From Schmidtea nova (lineage: Eukaryota): a stretch of 64,000 nt of DNA. The notes below the pieces were generated by a model. That model was given only the letters and a program-made list of their open reading frames with translations, was not told the DNA's origin and did no database searches. The translations under genes were made by a program, and so were the position numbers. Position 1 is the first letter of the stretch. Every line of letters starts with the position of its first letter. Below are positions 21,891-32,800 of this stretch, piece by piece. The stretch covers positions 55,366,001 through 55,430,000 of the forward strand of contig CM097883.1 of NCBI GenBank assembly GCA_044892505.1. Reading direction: 5' to 3'.

Positions 21891-24800
21891 TTGATAATAT
21901 TATTATTATTTTTAACATTAATTTACATTCATAGGTGCTTTATACCCAAATTATTGCTTTTCAACTACCACAACGATAATTGTCATCGATCAATGGAGCA
22001 ATATTATGGACACTCTTATTATAAAATTCGCTATTATATATGTCCCGTATGCCAAACTTCCCAACCCCTTACATATAAAAATTTTTACGATGAACATAAG
22101 GATCATTTAAATGAATATAGGTCTAAGAAAATAAAATTATTTAAAAGACCAAACTTGACTCAAAACCCTATAAATAATAAAAAGATTAAATTGAACATAG
22201 AAATAAACAAGAAATCACAAAATTTACAAGAAGAGATTGAAGATAAGATTTTATTAGAAGCGATGGAAGCGGACGAAACGGACGAAAACAAGATTTTAAT
22301 TGAAACGGTGGAAGAGATTGAAGATTTTTGGAACGTTGGATTTTATCAAACTGGAGGAAGTGTTAAAGAACCTCTCCCTGTCATTGAAAGTGATTTAAAT
22401 GGATGGCATAGGATTTTAAAAATTAACACTAGTGATTTAAATATAAAGCAAATTATTTTTCCACAATCATTAATTAATAAATTAATAGAAATAATTAACG
22501 AAATAGGCTATGTGAAGATACAATTTGGTATCTGTGTTGAATTTGAGAAAGATGGAGAAATTAAAAGAAACAATATTTCCAATAGTGCAAAACCTCTGAC
22601 ACAGACATTTTTCGAAGAGGGAATTAAAAAATTGAATGAAAAGATAACTTCATTTTCGGAATTAGGTAGCAGTTGGGTACTTAATCGTATTACTGAAATA
22701 AGTTTTGTTGTAACTAAGATATCCAATATAAGTAGGTTAGCAGGTAAAAGCATTGTAAAAACTCCTCAAGGATTAAAAGGAAAGAGATGTATATTAAACA
22801 TCGATAATAAGGATAATTTATGTTTTTTATATAGCATTTTAGCTATATTAAAATATGATTTAATATCTAAAGATAGAGAAAGAGTATCAAAATATATAAA
22901 TTTTTTGTCAGAGCTCAAATATGATATATCAGACATGCCCATGAAATTAAATAGTATCAGAAAATTCGAGGCAAAGAATCCAGGATTGATCATAAATGTA
23001 CTATGTTATAATAATGAAATTAATGAAGAGCAAGATGATTATATTTTAAAGCATCCTCATTTGGATATTATTCATCGGTCCAAAGTAACAGAAGGAAAAA
23101 CTATAAATTTATTGTTATTAAATGAAGGGGAAAAATATCATTATGTACCTATTATAAATTTAAAACGTTTAATGAATTGTCACCAAAGCATTTATTGTAC
23201 TACTAGGATAAGAAGCGAATGGTGCAGTAGATGTTTAAATGGTTTTCCAAATAAATTATCATTGGAAAAACATGAGATTTTATGCAGAAAAAATCAACTA
23301 GGAACAACATTATACACTTTCCCGGAAAATAAAATGCTAAAATTTACAGATTGGTCAAAAACTGTTACCCCACCATTCGTTATTTATGCAGACTTTGAAG
23401 CTATTTTACCAAAGGATGATGTATATTATCAGAAACACTTGCCAATTTCTGCGGGGCTTTTGTTAATAAATTACTTTGATGGGACAAAATCTTACCAACA
23501 ATTTATTGGGCTAAATTGTGTAGAAGACTTTTTAAAAGCGGTTGAAGATATTGCTTTATTAAAAGTTCTTCCTTATTACAATAAAAATGGAAACAAACCA
23601 ATGAATAGATTGACTGAAATTGAAGAGGAACAATTTAAAAATGGTACCACTTGTTACCTTTACCTGAAAAATATCGTAGATCCTGTAAGAGACCACGACC
23701 ATTTCACTGGGAAATATTTAGGTGCAGCATGTCAAACGTGTAACATTAATAGAAAAATCTATAAGTCATTACCAATAGTTTTTCATAACTTGAAAGGATA
23801 CGATATGCACCATATTCTTAAACATGGATTAAATAAGTTCAAGAATTGGTCATTGTGTTGTATACCTATTACAACTGAAAATTTTATTTCATTGATAGCT
23901 GATGTTGGCAAGATTAGTTTAAGATTTATAGACTCATACCAGTTTGTGAATGATTCTTTGGCAAAGGCAGTGAAAACGTTGAAATCTTTACCTTTGACAA
24001 ATTCGGTTTTTAATGGAACTATAGTTTCTGAAAAGGGTATTTTTCCGTATAGCTTTGCTACAAGTTTAGAAGTACTTGAAAATACTTATGAGTTACCACC
24101 AATCTGGAAAGGTGTTTCAAAAGAAGAATATGAAAAGGCACAACTGATTTGGACAGAAACAAACTGTGTTACTCTTTTAGATTATATGCTGACTTACTTG
24201 AAACTTGATTGCTTTCTTTTGGCTGATTTTATTCAGCAATTTCGAACCAAATCTATAGCTCACAATAGATTAGAGCCATTGAATTACTTTGGTATTCCTG
24301 GCATGTCTTGGTCATCTTCTTTAATGACTTTAGATGAACCAATAGAATTAATAACAGAAAATGAAATGTTTAGCTTTTATGAAGGGGGAATTCGAGGAGG
24401 TTTGACTTTTGTAAATAAACACTTCGTTAAAACCGATGAAAATACAGAATTATTGTACATCGATATAAATAATCTTTACGGATGGGCTTTAAGTCAACCT
24501 TTACCTTGTGGAGAATTTAGTTGGGTGACTGATAATTTAGATAATATTTTGCATGACTGTATTAATCTAAATCTTGAATCTATATCTTACGGTTACACTT
24601 TAGAGGTAGATTTGGAAATACCTGCTGAAATTCATGATTTCTTGGATGATTTCCCGGTAGCTGCAGAAAAAATGAAACCACGAGGTTCAAAAGTAGAAAA
24701 ATTACTATTGACTCATTACCCTAAAAAGAATTATATAATTCATTGGCGATTACTTCAATTATATTTAGAACTTGGTGTTAAAGTCACAAAGATAAATAGA

Positions 24801-25727
24801 GCAGTTAAATTTAAGCAATATCCAATTTTCAAAAAATATATAGACAACAACACTGAATTGTGGGCGAAAAGTACTAATACTTTAGATAAAAACTTTTTCA
24901 AATTACTCAATAATAGTCTGTATGGCAAAACAGTGGAAAATCTTAAAAGGAGAATGAATTTAAGATTATGTACAACGGAGAAAAAACTAGTTAAATATAC
25001 ATCCAAACCTTCTTTCAAAAAATCTATTAAAATCGACGATAATTTAGTTGCTGCTTTATTAAATCCAGATTCGATTTGTTTAGATAGACCGAGTTATATT
25101 GGACAATCGGTGCTTGATTTATCAAAACTTCGAATGTACGAATTACAATACAAAGATTTACAAAAATATCGCGACAAATATAGTTGTCAGATAAATATCG
25201 TAGCAGGCGATACAGATTCGTTTTTCCTAGAAATTAAAAATCTAAAATTAGAAATATTATTAAATCAAATGAAAAATGATAACTTGTTAGATACATCAAA
25301 TTATCCAACTGATCATCCACTATACAGCAAGAAATTGGATTCTGTTATTGGGAAATTTAAAGATGAAAGTAAGGGTGAAGGATATGATGAGTGGATTTTC
25401 CTTAGACCGAAATGTTACAGCTTGTTGGGTAGAACTAATACTACAAAAGCTAAAGGAGCAACATTAAAGGATACTAAAATAGACCACGATTCATATGTAA
25501 AATGTTATTTAAATAACTCAGATATTAGTGTACCACAATTTAGAATAGGTACAAAAAATCATCAGTTATATAGCTTTAAAAATTCAAAGATTGCACTAAG
25601 TAATAAAGATGATAAAAGGGTTTGGGTGGGAAAAAATGAAAGTTGTGCATACGGGCATTATAAAGACATTAATGACAGAAAATTCAATCAAGTTACAGAA
25701 GAAGACGATGAAGAAGATTTATTTTAA
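21891..25727 (+). CDS. Protein-primed family B DNA polymerase (Polinton pPolB), right copy; first genomic ATG is at 21993
   Basis: Same motifs as the left copy, with 11 amino-acid differences read from the ORF track. Confidence 0.95.
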   Translation: MIILLLFLTLIYIHRCFIPKLLLFNYHNDNCHRSMEQYYGHSYYKIRYYICPVCQTSQPLTYKNFYDEHKDHLNEYRSKKIKLFKRPNLTQNPINNKKIKLNIEINKKSQNLQEEIEDKILLEAMEADETDENKILIETVEEIEDFWNVGFYQTGGSVKEPLPVIESDLNGWHRILKINTSDLNIKQIIFPQSLINKLIEIINEIGYVKIQFGICVEFEKDGEIKRNNISNSAKPLTQTFFEEGIKKLNEKITSFSELGSSWVLNRITEISFVVTKISNISRLAGKSIVKTPQGLKGKRCILNIDNKDNLCFLYSILAILKYDLISKDRERVSKYINFLSELKYDISDMPMKLNSIRKFEAKNPGLIINVLCYNNEINEEQDDYILKHPHLDIIHRSKVTEGKTINLLLLNEGEKYHYVPIINLKRLMNCHQSIYCTTRIRSEWCSRCLNGFPNKLSLEKHEILCRKNQLGTTLYTFPENKMLKFTDWSKTVTPPFVIYADFEAILPKDDVYYQKHLPISAGLLLINYFDGTKSYQQFIGLNCVEDFLKAVEDIALLKVLPYYNKNGNKPMNRLTEIEEEQFKNGTTCYLYLKNIVDPVRDHDHFTGKYLGAACQTCNINRKIYKSLPIVFHNLKGYDMHHILKHGLNKFKNWSLCCIPITTENFISLIADVGKISLRFIDSYQFVNDSLAKAVKTLKSLPLTNSVFNGTIVSEKGIFPYSFATSLEVLENTYELPPIWKGVSKEEYEKAQLIWTETNCVTLLDYMLTYLKLDCFLLADFIQQFRTKSIAHNRLEPLNYFGIPGMSWSSSLMTLDEPIELITENEMFSFYEGGIRGGLTFVNKHFVKTDENTELLYIDINNLYGWALSQPLPCGEFSWVTDNLDNILHDCINLNLESISYGYTLEVDLEIPAEIHDFLDDFPVAAEKMKPRGSKVEKLLLTHYPKKNYIIHWRLLQLYLELGVKVTKINRAVKFKQYPIFKKYIDNNTELWAKSTNTLDKNFFKLLNNSLYGKTVENLKRRMNLRLCTTEKKLVKYTSKPSFKKSIKIDDNLVAALLNPDSICLDRPSYIGQSVLDLSKLRMYELQYKDLQKYRDKYSCQINIVAGDTDSFFLEIKNLKLEILLNQMKNDNLLDTSNYPTDHPLYSKKLDSVIGKFKDESKGEGYDEWIFLRPKCYSLLGRTNTTKAKGATLKDTKIDHDSYVKCYLNNSDISVPQFRIGTKNHQLYSFKNSKIALSNKDDKRVWVGKNESCAYGHYKDINDRKFNQVTEEDDEEDLF

Positions 25728-28017
25728 TAAAATTTAGTTAAAAATGTTTCTTTTTATTTATATGAATTTTTATTAGTTAAAATGTTTCTTTTTATTAGTT
25801 AAAACTTTTATTGGTTTAAAAAAGAATTTTGTGAAAAAAGAATTTAATTATGTGAAAAAGAATTTAATTTTATATTTAAAAATTTACCAACTCTGATTTC
25901 TCCAAAAAATTAATTATACCCTTTTTTTTATTAAATTTTAAATATTGTGTCATTTCAACTATCACATTACTAGAGTCCTTTTTTGCCCGAGAAATTGTGG
26001 GAATTGAAAATCCTATTCAAAATAATTTCAATGTATTTTACTAGTTTAAAATATTTACACGTGTTTTTATTTACCATTAAAATTTCAGTTCAAAATTAGC
26101 AGAGTCCTTTTTAGCCCTAGAAAAATCTGGGAGAAGAAACTGCTGTACAAAAAACCCCAACCAAAATTCCATGTACAAAATACCAGAGTCCCTTTTGCCC
26201 AAATAAATCTCGGAGCCCAAAATCCTTGTACAAAAAAAAAATCCAGACCAAAATTTCATGTACAAAAATACCAGAGTCCCTTTTTGCCCGAGAAAAATCT
26301 CGGAGCTAAAAATCCCTGTACAAAAGACCGACAAAAGTTTTCCAATACAAAAGATCGACCCAAAAACATAATGGCCCGCTAACGCACCTGTACAAAAGAC
26401 CGACAATAAATTTCCAATACAAAAATGACCAGAAAAACATAGTGGCCCGTCAACGCACCTGTACAAAAGACCGACAATAAATTTCTAATACAAAAATGGC
26501 CAGAAAAAACATTGTGGCCCGTCAACGCAGAGAAAAAGAATTTTCTAGGGGGGTGGGGGTTGGGTAGAATTTAAGTGCGCCAAAGGGCCATTATCTAAGT
26601 ACTTTTGCAGCAAAGGCTTATTTTGTTACTTACTTATTAATTTATTTAATATTTAAAGCTGTTACCAGGGAATCACCATTTTATAATAATAATCATAATA
26701 ATTAAGTTGCAGTTGATATTCAATGAAGTTGTAGTTGATATATGCAATGAAGCTGCAGTACATGTACATAACATTAGTCATACACATATTAACAAACACA
26801 TTAAATTTCGTAAATTTTCTAACACACACAAGAATTGTAATCAATTTACAGTAGCGATGTATGTCATGTGCAATATAGATGCACGAATCTGCTTGGTTGT
26901 ACACAGAAGATGAAGAGTAAATAAGTAAACAAAATTAGTCTTGTTCATAAAATGCAAAATCTTTTCAGCAAATCGAGTCCAATTACAATAAAACCAGTTA
27001 TTAAAGAAACCAAATCAAGTCAAACCAAATTTTATTTACGACTGGTTCAGATGTTTCACGATTATCAAATGTTTTATTACTAAATGAAATTTCATTAAAG
27101 TTTTTGTATCTAGTAAAGCTGTCGACTTTGCAATATTCAAACTTAATTGGTCACCTTTATAAATAAGATGTTGTTGCAATCAATCAAGTGTTTATGAAAA
27201 TCAACAAGAAATTATCTTGCAATGACAATATTTATCAACAACAGAAAACCGACTTCCATAATGCATTTCAATCAGTTGAATTTATGGATAATGAAAAGTG
27301 GTTTACCGATGAATCGATTCAAAGCAATAATGCAGATCCAAAAGAACCAGTGGAAAATCAACAGTGCTAGAATCTAATAATAATTATTTCTAATAAATAT
27401 ATTTTAAATAAATGTTGATAATCAGTTTTTTGAATTTTTGTTGTTATTTATGTTTTTCATAATTTTTGAAATTTTCAAGTTTTTGAAATTTTTAAAAAAT
27501 TTGACTTATGGTTATCTTAAATTGACCTTGAACTTAGAGTGTACTTGGCTTTTGTCCTTAAAATGACCTTAAAAATAAAAAAAAAATTTTTAAAGCCTTA
27601 TCATGTGTGCAAAAAAAGAAAGTACTTATCGAGGGTTACTTTATTTTGAATGGATGTACACACGCGATGACGTCAAATGTTTTTGTTCTCCCGTCTTCAC
27701 TTCTCCCTACTAAGGTCCTAATAAAGTTTGTCTTTCAATTTATATTTATTGATTCAATGTGGTTTTCAGTTAAATCAGAAGAAGACTTTTCAAATCCTCA
27801 ATACTTATTTAATGCTGGGCTTGAAAAAGGGAAGTTAAAATTATATTTTAATGCGTCGAAAAATAAATACAAGTGCAGAATTAATAGCTCACAATAACAC
27901 ATAAAAGCAATAAACAGAAAAATAGCATAAAAGTGTGTAGAATATTAAAGCACAAATAGTAGACATGCAAACCACATTTCATAGGTTGAGGTAGAGATAA
28001 AACGATAAAAAGAGGTA

Positions 28018-28959
28018 CAGTCGATTCCGCTTAATTGGGACACATCGGGACTTATGCATTTTGTCCCAATTAAGCGGCTGCCCCAATTAAGCGGCTGTCC
28101 CAATTGAGCGAATTTTATTTCTTTATTTAATTTGGTTTTGGCAACAAAGTCGATAAACCAGTACTACAAATATAATGGAACACCATATATTTGTTTTGGT
28201 TTTATTTTATAACCCCTTTGCTCAAATTACATTTGGGTAATATAAATTAGGGGTATTTATTCATATAAATTATCTTATAAATAAAAAAATTATTGCAAAT
28301 AAACCTTTGAGGAAAAAAGATAAATGAGTGGCTTACTAAATTTAATTCAATCACAAAAATGAGTCAAGTGTGACCTGTCTTTTGTTTTAGTAACATTTCA
28401 CTTCTACAAAATCAGCACAGATTGTTAGTTTTAAATAAATTTTTAAAAAAATTACGCACTGTTTACCCGCAAGATGTATTGGCGACTGAATAAGGTATAC
28501 GCAAGGTGGTGACGCGCCGATCAGCAGTATTAAATCGCAAATATAAAATTTTTTGTACAAATTTTTTCTTGAGAATATTTAAACAATGGAATAAATCTTT
28601 ATAATTATTTTATTTTACTTTAAAATTATTAAAATTACTTTTAAAAAATTAAAATTACTTTATCATCATCTAAATTACTTTATTATCATAATTACTTTAA
28701 CCGGTAAGTCTCAATACTTTCTATTATGTTGATTAGTCGTTAAAATAAATTAACATAAAATTTTTTGTTAATAAAGAACTAACCTTAAAAAATGTATGTG
28801 CACATATCTTAAATTTACTGTCCCAATTAACGGAATGTTGTCCCAATTAAAGATATAATTTTACTATTGTTTATAGGGTTTGGTTTCGGGTCTTTGAGAT
28901 TTGTCCCAAATAAGCGGCTGCCCCAATTAAGCGGTGTCCCAATTAAGCGGAATCGACTG
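28018..28959. mobile_element. Tc1/mariner-superfamily (pogo/Tigger-like) non-autonomous element
   Basis: Perfect 26-bp TIR CAGTCGATTCCGCTTAATTGGGACAC, TA on both sides, internal GTCCCAATTAA subrepeats, no ORF. Confidence 0.9.
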
Positions 28960-29349
28960 TATCTCAAAAGGGAGAACACAATTTGAGTGCAGATCAAATT
29001 TACGTACAAAAAATTGTACGAGAATTGAATGGGGAAAATCATTGGCATGATCAAAGATAAAAGAAAGAGCAAAAAGAATAAATTATTGAACAATATAGAA
29101 AAAATTCCCATTAAAATATCGTTAAAATAACAAAAGTAGGGACAAAAATAGAAATATTCGATTATTTTATCAATTATTGCTATCAAAATGACACCATATT
29201 GAGCACATAAATTGATAAAAAAATAAAAATAAATATTTACAAAATAAATCAAATAAATTATAAAACTAAATTCACGGAAAAATAAATAATTCATTTATTA
29301 AAATAAACAATTCAATATTAAAATAAATATATAAACTAAATTATACATA

Positions 29350-29575
29350 ATTATCTTTTTTCACCTTTGATTTTTTTTTATTATTATTATCAATAATTCT
29401 CATAATGACTATAGATCAAAATTTTTTTTTATAAACAATAACACAATATTTCGGCACAGCCTTTATCAAGTGTGTATACACACTTGATAAAGGCTGTGCC
29501 GAAATATTGTGTTATTGTTTATAAAAAAAAATTTTGATCTATAGTCATTATGAGAATTATTGATAATAATAATAA
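29350..29575. mobile_element. Hairpin MITE containing a perfect, spacerless ~198-bp palindrome (29378-29575)
   Basis: Centre ctttatcaagtgtgta|tacacacttgataaag at 29476/29477. The arms match base for base, including the 9-nt T/A run. Confidence 0.9.
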
Positions 29576-29869
29576 ATTATACATATTCTTATTTAATGAA
29601 CAGAATGCGTAGATGTTACTCAAAAATAATATAAATAGAAGCAGAAAAATCATAACTTAACTTAGTTTTGTTAACAGATTGTAATTTTTGTTCAATTTTT
29701 TTTCGATTGGCAGCCAACATCGATATTAAATTTGTTTATTTTAGTGGAACAATTTTGTACAGACAATAAGTATTTTTATGTGCTTGTGTTTTATTGTAAT
29801 TATTAAGTATTGGTAATAAATATTTGAAAAAAAATAATTCTTGTTAATTCTCTGTTTCAATTTGACTTT

Positions 29870-32800
29870 CCAGGATAAACTGATTTTAGAAGAAACTCTG
29901 TAGGTTCAACAGTCACGAGTTCCTAATTGGTGAAATACCGCGCTCGCTGAGGCGGAACTATGTATTTTCCAACTATTGCACCACTCATTAAAGACAAAGG
30001 ATTTTGGTTTTTCGGTACTCTGTCGGCTATCCAGCAGCGAGTTCCCAACGAGTTTGAAGTCCCCAGATCGCTAAGTGAACTGGTGGTCAGCAAGCGTGTT
30101 CAATTGCACATACAGGTCAGGAACAGTATTATAAAAAGCACCCGAACACATGACATCAGACAACTGAAATGGAATTAGGGGTGTAATTGAAAGATGGACC
30201 AGAAGGAATTAAGAGGTGTTATTTAGGATATTTTTAGGACTAGATAAGGAGGTTGGATATCGTAAAGTCATGTTTAAAGAGTTAAGAGTCGCTAAATTTA
30301 AGAGGATCTTTAAAGTAAAGATTGATTATGAGCGCAAGACCTTTTATTGGCAGCATGAATCCATAAGAGAGAATACAATGCGGGTTAGTTTGGCAAGGAA
30401 GCTCACTTGCTCACTGAATTTTCGCAACACTGTGTGCATTATCAACATAGTTTACTGGGAAATAGCTATGTGTAGACAAATGAGGGAGTTTATAATTTTC
30501 ATGATGGTGTGTATATTATTGTAATCCCTAGAAAAACAATTTTAAACAACCCATACACCAATATTAAGGCTTTAAAAATTTTAATTGAATCTAATTATTT
30601 CTGATTTAAGCAAATTAAAATAATTTCAAAAATTAGTTTTTAAATATTTCAATACTTTAAATTTTTAAATATAAGAAACTTAAAATATTACAATGAAAGA
30701 AAAAATATATATTGTATTCCCCCGTAAAACCCCCAAGGGTTCTATTTGAGCGGAACAAAAAAACCAAAACTTTGAAAATCAAAGTGGTTTTAATCGAATC
30801 TTTTCGTTATATTTTGTGTTGGGCCCGACGAATCGCAAATAATCTAAAAAAAGAATAAATTAAATAAAAAAAATAAGAATAAAATTAATCAAAATAACCA
30901 GCAAATTAACAGCAATGAACTAATAATCATCAAAGCGTGGTGAAGCCTGAAATAAATGACAGAATAATAAATGAGTAATATTAAATACAAAATTCACCAA
31001 TGAACCGGAAGAAGAAGGTTGAGTAATGAATGAGCAAAACCACTCAAGCGAGGATAAGAGCTGTCAAAAATATATCAACAATAAAAAATACAGCATAAGA
31101 CAATAATAAATTACCACCGATTAACTTAAGACCAAATTTAAAACCACTGAAGCTTGAAACAGAAAATACTAACAAGCAACAATAAAATATATCAATTAAA
31201 ATTACCGGAGCGAAACGAAATTGCTGAATGCAGCTAATGCGGGGGTGGCACCACCTGAGAGTAGTGCAAATAAGAAATAAATGATTGACATAAAATCAGA
31301 CTAATGGACAGCAACAAGATAAATTAAAACATAACAGCCCAATAGAATTCGGTTAAACAATAAAACAAACTATTATGAGAGCGGTGAAAGCGTTCTGATT
31401 GGTTGATTAGCAACCAAAAACTACTATATAAGTAGTGACCAAATTCAGAATGTCAATGTCATTTGTACCTAGTGTAAATCATCTTGTGTCAATTTTATCT
31501 GAGACAACTGTTCTGAAAGTCATTGTACCAGTTGGAATCTAACGGAAATAAAAGGTATTTTGGTGATTTGTTTTATGTATGTCTTAAAACCTCATGAATG
31601 ATATTTTTCTCAAATTGATAAGATCGCGTCCAGAAGGTCTCCAGACCCGACGTGCGACCAACTGGCTTCTCAACGCATCACCGTAAGGGTGGTGGTTGAT
31701 GCGGCGTAGTAGCACCAAATGAACGGGAGCGAGTGCACATAGGTTATCCGATGAGATGTATATAGAGGTATCTAGCGATTCATATCGACATAAATGAATA
31801 TGGTAGATCGAGTTCTCTGCCTAAGTAATTGTAATCGATAATGTGTCTTAGTTTCTCGAGGAGAGAGGGAGATTTAAGGAGTGTTCACATGCACAGAATC
31901 CACCACATGCACTGATAACACTAACCGCACCTGCACAACATGATCGCAAACAATTTTTGACATTCCCAAACGGTTTGGAATCGTGTGAGGGAGATGAGAC
32001 GACGGTAGATTTTGTTCGAGGTACAGCATGATGACAGATTGCATGAAGTAGATTGTCGATCTGAATAAGTTGAGACATGAGTGTGAATGATCACATGAGT
32101 GACTGGGATGATTGCATGAGGTTGTGTAGTTTCAAGTGCTGATTCGGAGCACCGATAACCAGTTAAGTGGGGATGACGACGTGAATTGAAGTGAGGGATA
32201 CGGAGGAGACAATACAGTGGAACGTGGATGAAATGAATGATCTCATGTAGATGCTTTATGAATGGTGATGAAGTGAATGAATGTGTATGCTGACAGTCGG
32301 AATGAGTTTTAATAATCTCTTTATTTGATTTCAGTGTCTCAACCAAACAGCTAAACAAAAGTCGATGACGAAATAGGTAGTCAACGAAACAACAGTCAGG
32401 ACGAGAAGTGCGGGAGCTTCCCGGCGTTCCCGATAAAATCCGAGCCGAAATCGTTAGACACGCACGACATTGGAAGAGAGAATTTAAACGGACCGCTCCG
32501 TTCAAGAAAATTGACCATTTCACGAATAATATTAGATGGGAGGGAGACGCCCAGTAGCCGCGTATCGGAGTTTGCCACGGAGCTCGCCAGACAAAGTGGT
32601 TTATTGAATTCCTGAATGATGAGTGCCTGCCTAGATGGATCCTCATACTTAAATCCGTCGACATGCAAAATCTGAGATGTCTCGGATATATCATCCTCGA
32701 CAAACCCCGGAACATCCATACCGGAGAACAGATGGGCTATACAAACTTACCCTGTGAATTCTTGGACGAATGGCAGACGAAGTATACATGGGCCCGACAG

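Larger units (their letters stand above)
13438..26603. mobile_element. Polinton/Maverick-derived element that is one giant palindrome (arms 13438-19911 and 20065-26603, spacer 19912-20064)
   Basis: Termini AGTAGTTAGATAATGGCCCTTTGGCGCAC... and ...GTGCGCCAAAGGGCCATTATCTAAGTACT. 6-bp TSD TTTGCA at 13432-13437 and 26604-26609. The arms are near-identical reverse complements. Confidence 0.9.

Noticed and set aside
14933-25018. Short ORFs antisense to pPolB (14933, 16958, 17198, 22508, 22766, 24755)
   Set aside because: Shadow frames of the long ORF with no motifs; they are duplicated only because of the palindrome.
26610-27600. Continuation of the Polinton (missing genes) beyond the right terminus
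   Set aside because: The TSD fixes the boundary at 26603, and the short ORFs here have no integrase, capsid or ATPase motif.
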